A stretch of DNA of 64,000 nucleotides. It comes from Octopus sinensis. Lineage: Eukaryota. The stretch is taken from the NCBI RefSeq assembly GCF_006345805.1, contig NW_021832231.1, forward strand, positions 969,806 to 1,033,805, read 5' to 3'. The position numbers and the translations under genes were made by a program. Shown piece by piece: positions 1 to 11,391 of this stretch. Numbering within the stretch: position 1 is the stretch's first letter; every line of letters begins with the position of its first letter. The notes beneath the pieces are model-generated. The model did no database searches, had not been told where the DNA came from, and worked only from the letters and a program-made list of their open reading frames with translations.

Positions 1-2450
1 ACATTGGTAATGAGCTAAGATTGTCTTCCAACTCTTTTTCCATATCAAACAAAGCTGAATCAGATAGATTTGTATCCGGATTGACTTCTTGTATTCTTTT
101 GAGACTATCAGCAAATATGTTCGGGATTTCTTCATGAGATGCAGGGGATCCATCTTGTTTTAGCAGTTTAGGTATAGTTTTCTCAGACGTCGAGGTTAAT
201 TTCGAGTAGACCTTCCAAAAATTTGGACTTCCTTTATGTAGCTTTTTGCACTCAGTATTCCATTTTTTATCCTTCGCCACCTTCGCCGATTTTCTTATTT
301 CTTCCGTAATGGTGAAGATTTCACTTTCCAAAACGGACCGGTCACGAAAATCTGCGCAGCGCCGGAGTTTGTTCCTTAGACATTGTTTTTTCCTTAGTAG
401 GATTTCAACATTCATGTTTGGCATGTGAGTTTTCCTATTGTTTGAGACGATTTTTGTAGAATATGTTTCCAGATAAGACTTTATGTATCCAATAAGGGAA
501 TTGCTAGACTTCTCGAGGTCCTCAGATGAAGAATTTTCGTCAAGTTTAGGAGCGAAATTGCTCAGATAAAGTGTAAAACATTTTCGGTAGTGTTCCCAGT
601 TTATAGTCGAGAGGTTATATCGTATAAAAGTTGGTTTACCCTTTAAAGGTCCAAGGTTGAGTTTGTATAAAATTGGTAGATGGTCACTTCCAATATCATT
701 TAAGGTGTACGGTTGTTCCATAAATTGAAGAGTAGACATAGAGACCAATGCTACGCCCAAATAGTCCCACCCTCCTGGTGAGTAATGATTTGGGGTTTTT
801 GATGTGATGACCGAGAAACTGAGAGATTCTGAAAGCTTCTTAAGAATGATGCCATCCCTGTTGGTTCTCAGACAGCCAAAAGATGTGCATTTGGCATTTA
901 GATCCCCGAGGAGTATTGACAAATGATTGTGTTTATCGGCAAAAAAGTCCTTGATAAGCGATGAGTAATTGGAAAGGGATTTTGAGTACATCCCTCCGAT
1001 TGTTACCCACCCTTTTTCCAGAAGGACGTCGATTGTGAGGAATTCACACAATTCCTCGGACACAATTTTTAGATTTTTCACCCTTAGAGTTGATTTGTAG
1101 TAGATAGAAGTGCCTGTTCCAGCGATCGAGCCCGGCTTCCACTTAATATCAAGGGAACGATAGCCATCCAAGTAGTAATCATCATGTTTTTTGATTTTTG
1201 TTTCGTTTACGATCAAAAGGTCCACGGGGTTATGGGATAACATATCCTCAATCTCTGAACGCCTTCTCTTTAGAGAACGTGCGTTCACAGCGATAATAGA
1301 CAGAAAGGGGCTCACGCCTGATCAATCCTTTCCCTTCCAAGAGAAAGGGACAACAGATTGTTGATATCGAGGCCTTTTTCATCGCATATAGCGATTATTT
1401 TGCGAATCATAGAGGTAAGCTCAACGTCGATAGTTGGTGCTTTCCTCTTAAAGCGGGTTGGAGGCTCTGTGTGTTGTGTATTGGGAGGCAAAGTTGCGTC
1501 TTCACTAACATCTGTTTGCGTTGAGGAGTCAAAACAGCGGGAAATTGTGGGTTTTCGCCATACAGATTCAACGGCCTCCGCTTTTGACCATACAGTTTTT
1601 GAGTGTTCTGCTTTGGCCAGTCTGTCCCTGGCACTGAGCTGCTTTTTTAGTTGTTCAGTGGCTGCCTTAGCTGAAGAGCAGCCACCGTAGCAAGCCAAAT
1701 GCCCACTCAGACCGCAGTTTATACATTTTTTCTCAGTTTTTCCTTTAATCGGGCACATTTTCATATTATGATCACCACCACAGAAAAGACATCTTTCCAC
1801 TTCTTTGCAGAAGTTAGCAATGTGACCAAATTGTTGGCAGCGAAAGCATCTTGTTGCTGGGTTTTTAAACCATTCGCATCGTATTTTTTGAAATCCCACT
1901 TCGATTCCCATCCTTACAAGCGAAGTGGCTTCTGCCCTCGAATTCAGACTCAACTTTCCAACAGGTATACTCCGTCCATTTTTGTAGAACCGTTGAAAGT
2001 AAAACCGGGGTTGAGAATTTCTTTGAGGTAAAGATCCAGGTCTTCCTCGGAGACCCAAGATGGTATTCCCTTCAAGACTACGGTCGATGGTTGCAGACTG
2101 CACGCAGAAATATAATGGCCGTCCTGGCCAAATGGTTTGTTATACTCGAAGTCATTCACAAACGAGTCCCTATCACTAGAATTTGAGAATTCGAGGGTAA
2201 AGTCCCCAGACTTCCTGGCAGTAATTCGGGCCTTCTGTGCAGTCTCGGATTTGGTTAGAATATTAAAGGACTTTATTCGTCCAATCGCATAATTTTTTAT
2301 CTGCAGCGAGAGGACAAGAGACTCAGTACAGTTTGGATTGTTCAAAGAGACTTGAGAGGAGTGTGACCCCTCCTCATCTTTGATACAGATTTCATCTTTG
2401 CGTTCAAGCTCTTGAGACAAAGAAGATTTTGAGCTTGTATTTGGGATTAT
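1..2450 (-). mobile_element. Two-ORF non-LTR retrotransposon (I/ingi/Jockey group), 5' half; ORF2 runs off the left edge
   Basis: ORF1 (2420-1312, one frameshift near 2020) has three CCHC knuckles: CFRCQQFGHIANFC, CLFCGGDHNMKMC, CINCGLSGHLACYGGC. ORF2 translated by hand is open from 1315 to base 1, with APE endonuclease motifs AVNARS, NETK, LLGDLNAK, GSDHLPI. Confidence 0.9.
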
Positions 2451-3039
2451 ATATATTCGATAACAAAAATTAAAATCGATGCCAAAGCAGAATGAGCTTT
2501 AAAACCGATTTCATAAATAAAAATAATATTTTAAAATTTATAATTGATATTTTAGAATAATGAGAAAAAATCTAAATGCTTCATAATTTATTAAAATGTC
2601 AAAACAAGAATCTTCTGAAGGAGCAAGCCTGTCTGCACAGTTCATTTTTGATTAGAAGACCTAATTTTAGAGATTAAAACGAAAAAATAGCAATGAGATC
2701 TGTCAAATTATTACCCCCCTCACAACCTAAACCAAATTAGCGTTCAGTATTCATTGATTTTACTTTTTCTATTAAGGTCTACTTATAAATTATTTTATGG
2801 GATTCAATGGAAAACTTAAGTTATTTCAATTTTAATTTTAAATCATGTTAAAATTTTAAATAATTTAATAAATATATTTGTTGATGATAGGCTTGTTAGC
2901 TGTCAAAGTCGCGTCTAGCGCTCGGTCGCGCGCTGCGCTCGCGACATATTACCTTAACATTGAATGGATTTTGAACCTAACTGTCTTCAAATTTATCCAA
3001 AATGTCATTTTTTCAGCGGAAGCACTCAAAAATTCAATT

Positions 3040-3165
3040 TTTCGTTTTAATCGGCTGGCCATTGTTCGGGGCAACGCACACTGCGTCCTCGCCGCTGGAA
3101 CGAACTTAACTATTTTCGGTGTTAATTGTTAGTAAAAAAAAAAAAATTAGAATAAAAAAAAAAAA
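3040..3165 (+). mobile_element. Extreme 3' end of a CRE-clade retrotransposon with A-rich tail
   Basis: RLAIVRGNAHCVLAAG matches the C-terminal R(I/L)SxAxxRGN motif of the other CRE copies here; A-runs follow at 3133-3165. Confidence 0.6.
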
Positions 3166-3495
3166 AGTTTTAATGCAATTACTTTTTTATTTAAAATAAA
3201 AACCGTTTGATATTTTCCTTGGAGCTAAAATGTAAATTTATTAAGTTTGTAATTGCATTCAATTTGTTTAAACAAACAGTTTAACAAGAGTAAGAGATGC
3301 GTTAGGCATTATATGATTGCAATATTTTTTTGAATCTTTTATGAAATTATTGTTTCTTATAAATATTTATTTAAGACATTTTATTTATTAAAGACCAAAG
3401 GACCAGGGTAAAGCAGAATAAAAGCTCGGATGCGAATATATTTTAATAATTAAAAACTATTATTAAATAATTTATTATTTACGGAATCCTAAAAC

Positions 3496-3527
3496 TGGTT
3501 TCGCGGAACCCAGGTTGGAAATCACTG
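3496..3527. mobile_element. Solo hAT (Buster/Charlie-like) terminal remnant
   Basis: Reverse complement CAGTGATTTCCAACCTGGGTTCCGCGAAACC resembles Buster-type hAT termini; no partner TIR or TSD found. Confidence 0.35.
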
Positions 3528-3896
3528 TTATAATTGATTCTTCAAAAATATGTATGATTACAAATATTAAAAAACATATATTTATTTGATAACTGGAAAA
3601 TTTTATCAGATGCAGAATCAGAAAATTCGATTTTTATCATTACTAATCATGTATTCCATAGTATTCCCAAAATTAATCTCTGATATTTTTGGGAAAATCT
3701 ACCCTTTTTTTACTTTTTGATGTTTTAGAATTAATTTCGAAAATATTCTCTTTTATATACTTGATGTTAAAATGGAGATAAGGATTTTTTGCTTAATCAT
3801 AATATAAAACGTTCTAATAAATAAAAGATTTAAATATCCTTTTATTCTTTTTATTTGTAATGATTGTGTAGTTTATAATATTGATTGTTTTTAGTG

Positions 3897-4483
3897 ATGG
3901 GAAAAAGCAGCAGTTCAAGCAGCAGTAGTAGTAGTTCTGACGATGATAAGCATTTCAAAAAAAGCAAATCCGATAAAAAATTGAGAAAGAAATTAATTAA
4001 ACAGGCACCATATGAAATATTATTAATATTGAATAGGGGCACTTAGCTAAAGGGTATAAAGGAGAAATCCCACATCATCTTTATCCCCAAAAATATGATC
4101 AAGCTAATATTCCAAATACAGCAGGAAACCTTTATTCCCCTGTTTTAAATCTACAATATACTCAACAGCAACCCGGCCAATACCCTCAACACCCAAACCA
4201 ATATGTTCAACAGCAACCCGGCCAATACTCTCAGCACCAAAACCAATATGCTCAACAGCAGCCCGGGCAATACCCTCAGAATCCCAACCAATATGCTCAT
4301 CAGCAGCCCGGGCAATACCCTCAGAATCCCAACCAATATGCCCAACAAGTAAACCTCTATCTCTTTTAACAGCAGCATCCAATGACTTATGAAGGAGCCC
4401 ATCAGGTGTTTGATAGGGCAGGATTGCCTACTCAACGAATGGAGCGTCCGTCTGAGGATTATAAGTACAAATATAATCCATAA
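3897..4483 (+). CDS. Orphan low-complexity protein: Ser/Lys-rich N-terminus and QYxQQQPGQYPQNPN repeats (3 exons)
   Basis: ATG 3897; inferred GC-AG intron 4005-4036 and GT-AG intron 4349-4372 (24 nt, in-frame TAA) give a continuous frame ending at TAA 4483. Confidence 0.6.
4154..4348 (+). repeat. Coding tandem repeat, 45-nt unit x4.3
   Basis: Units of the form CAATATGYTCAACAGCARCCCGGSCAATACCCTCAGMAYCCMAAC; several differences between units are at third codon positions in the + frame. Confidence 0.9.
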
Positions 4484-5189
4484 AATTATTATTGATAATC
4501 GATATACCACTAATACGTTATTTAACATACACGGTTTAATATTTTTTAATTTAATTTTAAAAAAGTAAAATTATAAGCAACTGCATAACAGGTACTACAG
4601 TCAAACCCCGTCAGAATAAAAATCCCAACTTGGGGCACCCTTGATTTTTTGGGGGATTTTATTTTGTAGTACTTTTCCATAAATAATTTACAAATTTGTA
4701 AATTATAAAAACTCAAGTATGGGGAAACTTAGTAATTTATTTTACTTCCAAGATTTCTATTGAAACAAAAAGTAAAATTGCAAAGTGCCTATAAACTTTT
4801 TCTGAAAGAGAAATTGCAAAAAAATCAAAATGAGCAAAGCACTATTTCCCGAATCAAAAAAAGCATTTCTTCTTTTATTAATACAGGATCAGTAATTTCA
4901 AGATAAGTTTAAATAGATGAAGTTTAACCAGTTTCTAATGAAGCAAATCAATTTGAAAAAATTGAAGAATTACCTTTTGAAGTTTTTCGTCGTCTAAGGA
5001 AAGATTGCTTTTCTATTTCGGGTACATTAATCGAGACAGCGAAAAAAATATCAAAAAAATTGAATTATTTAACAATTTTTAAAGCTTCAAACGGTTGGTT
5101 AGACATTGGCAATTTTTTTTAATTCGATAATTTATCGAAAACTTGTGGTCATAAAAATATTTTTAATTTTGATTAATCAAATGACGTGA

Positions 5190-6050
5190 CTCTACCACCG
5201 TTTGTCCAGATATTTTAAAGGCTTCGATAGTGTGTGGTATTTGGAACTTTATGTCCCAGTTGCCAACACAAAAATCAATGAAACATGTTTGAATTGGCTC
5301 AGAAGTTTCATAGAAAATAAAGAATCTTATGTCCAATGCGGAAATAGTGTTTCAAATGTCTTGACTTTGAAAAGGGGACCTCTACAAGGATCACCTTTTA
5401 GTCCCACTACAGACATTACAAAGCCAGAACACCCGAATGGCAATCATATAATTTATGCAGATGATGTCTCATAACAAACATGTCATGAAGTTTGCTGGAT
5501 TCTCAGCCCAAGTTTCTCAAACTAGTTTCAAGAATCAAAAAAATGATGTACAAGGAATCTTCTTCCTTTGAAATTTACAGTTACATCGAAAAAAGAAGTA
5601 AGAGACAAGCTGATAGTCTACTATCGCAGTTTTTCGGACCCAGAGTCTCCGTTATCTTGGAATGGTTGTTGACAACAATGGGAAAATGATCAATGAATCC
5701 ATATTGAAGAAAATAAGGAAACAAGAATCCTGAAGAGCTTGATTCACTTTGACTTAAATACCGATACTTTGACTTAATTCGCTTGTTTATATTGACAAGA
5801 GTGTGATCAAACTCGGACTTTTAGATGGATGCGAAAGTTTGATGTTCTCCGACGAAAAGCAACGGATTATTGACATTTTTGAAAAAACGAAAAAAATATG
5901 CTATGAAGTTAGCCTTCAGACCTAGAGTGGATACTCCGTTTAGCGACTTATGGGCAAAGTCGTCTAAGAAGATTGGCGCTTTGATTGAACAGAGAACAAT
6001 GACAGATAATTCTGGCTTTTTGGAAACGGTCAATAATGCGAAGAAGCTAT
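5190..6050 (+). pseudogene. Decayed LINE reverse transcriptase fragment
   Basis: LKRGPLQGSPFSP and IIYADDV motifs in ORF 5202-5474; downstream frames broken. Confidence 0.75.
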
Positions 6051-6072
6051 GTTAAATCTCACAAACCACATA

Positions 6073-8205
6073 CAGTCCGACCTCTAATTGGGGCGCACCT
6101 CCAGGGGTGGGGCACCTCTTTTTTGGGGAAAACTCTGTTTTGGGGCATTATAAATTTTTTTAACCAAATTATAAAAAATCAATTAATTTTAACATCTCTA
6201 TTTGGGGCATTGATTTTTTATTAAATAAAATTAATTATACCAATTTAAAAAATAATTATTTTTAGACACGTTTCATTTCAAATTTCTTGTGTAATGCCTT
6301 TGAATTATTTATTTATTTACCCCCGGCCCCTTCAATTGAAGGAAGCCGGTGGCTAACAAGAACGTTAGGGCCAATGTCGGACGCTCCCAAAGATCCCCGA
6401 TCGTGATCCGGTGTTCCGAGGAAGTAGAAGGCGGGCCTGGACAGGAGAAAAGGTCGTTGAGGGAATAGGAAGGGGTTATTTCACCAAGACCGATTTTTAT
6501 GCGATAATCGTGTAGGCCAGTATGGTGGCCACAGCGGAGACGAGCCAAGTTCACTCGGGCTTCTCTTGAGAGGGAGGATTCGATCTTATTAATTGGCGGC
6601 GGAAGGCGTCCCAGAAGCTTGTTTATTCCAAGACATCTGATTGCCCTCGTAGCCACCAGGTCGTGAATCCCCTTCTGGTTAATGTCCGGAGGGGATCGTA
6701 TAAGCTTGCGGACTTTGTCCGCGAGGGTCGGAACTATTCTCCTGTTGTTAGTGGAGTGCCAGAGGAAGTAGCCAGGGTGATTTAGGGTTCGGCATTTGTC
6801 AAGAAATTGCAGCCCGAGCATTTCAAAATGGTCACTGATTGGAAGGATTTTCGATTCCCAATGTAGGTGGTCGGTAGGTGTCAGGCGAAGTATTCGTGTG
6901 ATATAAGTATTCGTGCCTTTGAATTATGAACCAAGTTGAAGATTGCTGATCATCTTTTAAAGAAAGAACATTCTGAGAGGAGATTATCCATAATGTACAA
7001 TACTAGCAAGGGAACTATTTTTCGTATAAAAAAGAATATTCTTCCATTTATCAAAAAAGGATTTCTTTCCTCATCATTAAGTAAAAATAAAAACGGATTT
7101 GATGAAAAAGTCCTTGATATTTTTCAGCGTCTAAGCCTTAGACTCTAAGGGATCAAAATGTTCCAGTTTCTGGAACTCTTTTAAAAAAAATTTCCCTAAC
7201 TGTTTCTTCGAGAATGGGCTTAAACAAGTTTAAAGCTTCAAATGGATGGTTAGAAAAATTCAAGCAGAGGCATGAATTAAAATTCCGAACATTGTCAGGC
7301 GAATCCGCATCTGCTGATCATGCGATAATTTTGAATTTTTTATCAGAATTAAATATCAAAGTTGAACAATATGGAAAGGAGAACATTTTTAATTGTGACG
7401 AAACTTCTCTTTTTATCAAACTTACCCCACGTAAATCATTCGTGAAAACTGGTGATTCGGCACGGGGCTTTAAAAGGAGTAAAGATAATGATTATTCAAA
7501 AAAGAAAAATCTTAATGTTATTAGATAACGCTGCTTGCCACAAAATATCGACATTTAGCAACGTTGATTTTTTATTTTTAGCAAAAAATACGACACCAAT
7601 ACTTCAACCATTGGATGCTGGAATCATTAAAAATTTCAAGGATAATTTGAATTTGAATTGTCTAATTGATTTTTTATGTTTTCAAGACGACCAGGATTTG
7701 TTTATAGAGTTTTTATCCAAATTAAATTTGCGCCAAGTGGTAACAATAATCTCATATGCTTGGAATAATGTATCTGCGGATATTATTTATAACTGCTGGC
7801 AAAAGGTTTTTCGACAATCTCCATCAGACTCGAGTTGCATAAATGAATCATCTGAAGAAATATTTAATAATGTTATTGATGAATGTTTTGATGAAATAGA
7901 AGATAATGATCCAAATATCTATGAGAATATAAGCTGCGAACCATCAATATCACAAATTTTAAGTTTGATGGAAAACTTAGAGACAAACATCTTTGATTTG
8001 ATTCCAGATTCTCTTCATGATTTTTATGAATTCAGAAAGAAAATGTCGTTAGGAATTAAAAATAAATATAAATATGGAGAAAAATTAACTGATTATTTTA
8101 AAAAATAATGTTCTTTTTCTTTATTTATTGAGCTTTTTGAAAAACCTCTTTTTTGGGGAAACCTCTGATTTGAGGCACTTAGTGCCCCATTTAGAGGTCG
8201 GACTG
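6073..8205 (+). mobile_element. pogo/Tigger DNA transposon (internally deleted transposase)
   Basis: 22-bp TIR CAGTCCGACCTCTAA(T/A)TGGGGC, TA TSD at 6071-72 and 8206-07; CENP-B HTH (FKASNGWLEKFKQRH) and DDE motifs IFNCDETSLF, LLDNAACH, PLDAGIIKNFK. Confidence 0.92.
6309..6913 (-). mobile_element. 5'-truncated ingi/I-group LINE 3' end nested in the pogo element
   Basis: C-terminal domain (LPPPINKIESSLSREARVNLARLRCGH...DLWERP), AAAT tail, and 14-bp TSD TGCCTTTGAATTAT at 6295-6308 and 6914-6927. Confidence 0.88.
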
Positions 8206-8499
8206 TAACTTGTTTTTGTTCTTTCGGTTTTGTGCTAAATAAAAACATTCATTTTTATATTTTAACATAGATTTTGATTGTGATAAATTGGGTATTTTAT
8301 ATGCAACTTCAAAAAATTCCTGGATGAACCGAAAATTTTTCAAAATGTGACTCATATATTAAAGATGACTTTATCTCACAAGATAGAAAAATATTTTTAA
8401 TCTTAATATAAAAATGGTATGGTGTGTGTGTCTGTCTTCTGTCTGTCTGTTGTGTCGTCTGTCTGTCTGTCTTGTGTGCACACCAACTTCAAATTGGCA

Positions 8500-9760
8500 A
8501 TACGATGTCCTCGACTTACATGATGAGGTCCTTAAAACCTTCCCCCCAAAAAAATAAAAAAAAATTTTCTGCATTTTGTTAAAATGAAACTACAATGTCC
8601 TCGACTTACATGATGAGGTCCTTAAAACCTTCCTGGCAAAAAATTAAAAAAATTATTTTCAGCATTTTGGTTAAAATAAACAACAACAATGTCCTCAACT
8701 CATATGATGAGGTTCTTTAAAATCTTTCCGCCAAAAAAAATTATTTTTGCATTTTGGTTAAAATGAACAACTACAATGTCCTCGACTTACATGATGAAGT
8801 CCTTAAAACCTTCCCCCCCAAAAAAATTAAAAAAAATTTTCTGCATTTTGGTTAAAATGAACAACTACAATGTCCTCGACTTACATGATGAAGTCCTTAA
8901 AACCTTCCCCCCCAAAAAAATAAAAAAAAATTTTCTGCATTTTGGTTAAAATGAACAACTACAATGTCCTCGACTTACATGATGAAGTCCTTAAAACCTT
9001 CCCCCCCAAAAAAATTAAAAAAAAATTTTCTGCATTTGGTTAAAATGAACAACTACAATGTCCTCGACTTACATGATGAAGTCCTTAAAACCTTCCCCCC
9101 AAAAAAAATTAAAAAAAAATTTTCTGCATTTTGGTTAAAATGAACAACTACAATGTCCTCGACTTACATGATGAAGTCCTTAAAACCTTCCCCCCCCAAA
9201 AAAATAAAAAAAAATTTTCTGCATTTTGGTTAAAATGAACAACTACAATGTCCTCGACTTACATGATGAAGTCCTTAAAACCTTCCCCCCCAAAAAAAAT
9301 TAAAAAAAATTTTCTGCATTTTGGTTAAAATGAACAACTACAATGTCCTCGACTTACATGATGAAGTCCTTAAACCTTCCCCCTCCAAAAAAATTAAAAA
9401 AAAATTTTCTGCATTTTGGTTAAAATGAACAACTACAATGTCCTCGACTTACATGATGAAGTCCTTAAAACCTTCCCCCCCAAAAAAATTAAAAAAAAAT
9501 TTTCTGCATTTTGGTTAAAATGAACAACTACAATGTCCTCGACTTACATGATGAAGTCCTTAAAACCTTCCCTCCCAAAAAAAATTAAAAAATTTTCTGC
9601 ATTTGGTTAAAATGAACAACTACAATGTCCTCGACTTACTTGATGAAGTCCTTAAAACCTTCCCCCCAAAAAATCAAAAAATTATTTTCTGCATTTTGAT
9701 TAAAATGAACAACGCGAATGTCCTCGACATTCATGATGAGGTCCATTAAAACCTTCAAGG
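8500..9760 (+). repeat. Tandem array, 14 units of ~88-95 bp, inside the Helitron
   Basis: The core ATGTCCTCGACTTACATGATGA(A/G)GTCCTTAAAACCTTC recurs 14 times; unit length varies mainly in C- and A-runs. Confidence 0.95.
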
Positions 9761-9966
9761 CAAAAATCTCACGTATTAAGAATATCCTTGATGAAAACGA
9801 CAGCGAGAATATTAACAATGATGAACTCCCAATTATTCGCGATAAAGAAATTCAATTCATCCTATGTTTTTCTCTTTAAAATTAAATGCATATATCATTA
9901 TCGACCATGAATCAAAATTAAAGCTATTATCATATTTGACTTTGACAGAATGTGCAATCACAGATT

Positions 9967-10171
9967 GCACGACTTTGAATAGAGTGTGCAATTAACAGAT
10001 TTTGAAAAACCACTTTGATAGTTGAAACCACATTAGCACAATCATTAACACAATTTACCACCAATTGACGCACGACCTTGAATAGAGTGTGCAATTAACA
10101 GATTTTGAAAAACACTTTGATAGTTGAAACCACATTAGCACAACCATTAACACAATTTACCACCAATTGAC
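9967..10171 (+). repeat. Direct duplication, ~103 bp x2
   Basis: GCACGAC(T/C)TTGAATAGAGTGTGC...CCACCAATTGAC at 9967-10069 and 10070-10171. Confidence 0.9.
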
Positions 10172-11391
10172 AACGCAATCAGAAGAATTTGCGTAAAAAT
10201 ATTAACTATTTACTTGAGTTTTTCGTAAAGATAGAATTTATTTTAGGTATGCCTCTTTTCCTAAACTTTTTTATTATTCAAAAATAATTTTTAAATAGAT
10301 AACCGAAGGAGGAAAAACGAAGCTGAAGAAAAAACGGTCAGCTTAATAAGGTAATTAATTAAATCTTTTTTGTGTGTCGCTTTCTTGCCTGCCGCATCTC
10401 CCCCTGCCCCATTTCCGCCAGTAAAAAACAAAAAAATAAAAAAGAAAAAAAAGGAAATTACAAAGGAAAAATGAAAAAATTAAATATAAAAAAAATAGAC
10501 CACAAAATGAAAAAAAAAGTTTGCAATGACAATAAACAAGGCCCAGGGACAGTCATTAAAGGTAGTTGGGTTATTTTAGAGAGTGAGTGCTTTTCACATG
10601 GACAGCTGTATGTGGGATGCTCGAGGGTAGGCAGAAGAGAAATTTATTCATATATGCCAAGGAAGGACGGACGACAAACATCGTTTATCAACAGGCGATA
10701 GAATAGGGTTACATTAAACCAGGTAGTTTTATACATCTACATAAACTTATAGTTGTTTGATGAAACAGGCCCTCCGCAGGAGCTAGGTCGCGGTGAGCGA
10801 AGCGAGCTGCCGAGCTAGTAATGGATAAAACTACATGCCATTTTTGTTGGAATTTCACATTAACAATTAAATGGTTGCTTTAAAAAAAATACTCAAATGT
10901 TAATTTATTTTTCTTCCGGAAAACCCAACATCTTTGATTAAACCTTCAAACATGGGTATAATAAATGTTTTAAAATACATTACACAAACTTTTTTATGCT
11001 CAAGTTGGAAGAAGATACAAAAATTAATTCTAAATCTTTGAAAAATATAAATATACGACAGATTATGATTCTCATTAAAAAACTCTGGATAGAAGTTAAA
11101 GAAACATTTGGAGAAAAATTGAGGAAAAATGAAAAGAATTAGTTGAAGTAAACACTTTGTAAGGGGTAAAGGACTTCTTTTTAGCAAAGTAAAAAAATCA
11201 AGTTAAACGAACCTTAAATCAATAGTTTGAGGCACTTTGATGCCTCATCCCAGGGTTCGACTGTATAATGTTTCCTTGTTTATCACAAACTTCCAAATTA
11301 TTATTTGCATAGACTTAAAAGATGACTTACATTGACCTAGGTTTAATGAAAACCACTCTTAGACTAATTCTAAAAACAAGTATTAGTTAAA

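Larger units (their letters stand above)
8401..10818 (+). mobile_element. Non-autonomous Helitron
   Basis: A|TCTTAATATAAAAATG 5' end followed by a GTCT microsatellite; Pif1 motifs FAMTINKAQGQSL and CFSHGQLYVGCSRVG (10520-10635); GC-rich 3' end finishing in CTAG|T; no TSD. Confidence 0.88.
4598..11263 (+). mobile_element. Outer pogo/Tigger DNA transposon, fragmented by nested insertions
   Basis: Ends TA|CAGTCAAACCCCG ... CAGGGTTCGACTG|TA (11/13 match). Transposase motifs occur in order across the insertions: FKASNGWL (~5080-5100), NIFNFD* (~5160), LYATSKNSWM (~8300), RKIFL|IMDKTTCH (8400/10819), LPENPTSLIKPSNMGII (~10915-10965). Confidence 0.7.

Noticed and set aside
1358-1690. Plus-strand ORFs overlapping LINE ORF1 (and similar GC-rich ORFs at 30.4-38.3 kb and 43-45.5 kb)
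   Set aside because: Antisense or alternative frames of retroelement ORFs; no independent motifs.
4104-4528. Minus-strand ORFs 4104-4382 and 4151-4528
   Set aside because: Antisense shadows of the 45-nt coding repeat; the + frame has the ATG, introns and synonymous variation.
8500-9760. CRISPR-like appearance of the regular array
   Set aside because: The sequence between cores is itself repeated (no unique spacers), there are no cas genes, and the context is eukaryotic and inside a Helitron.
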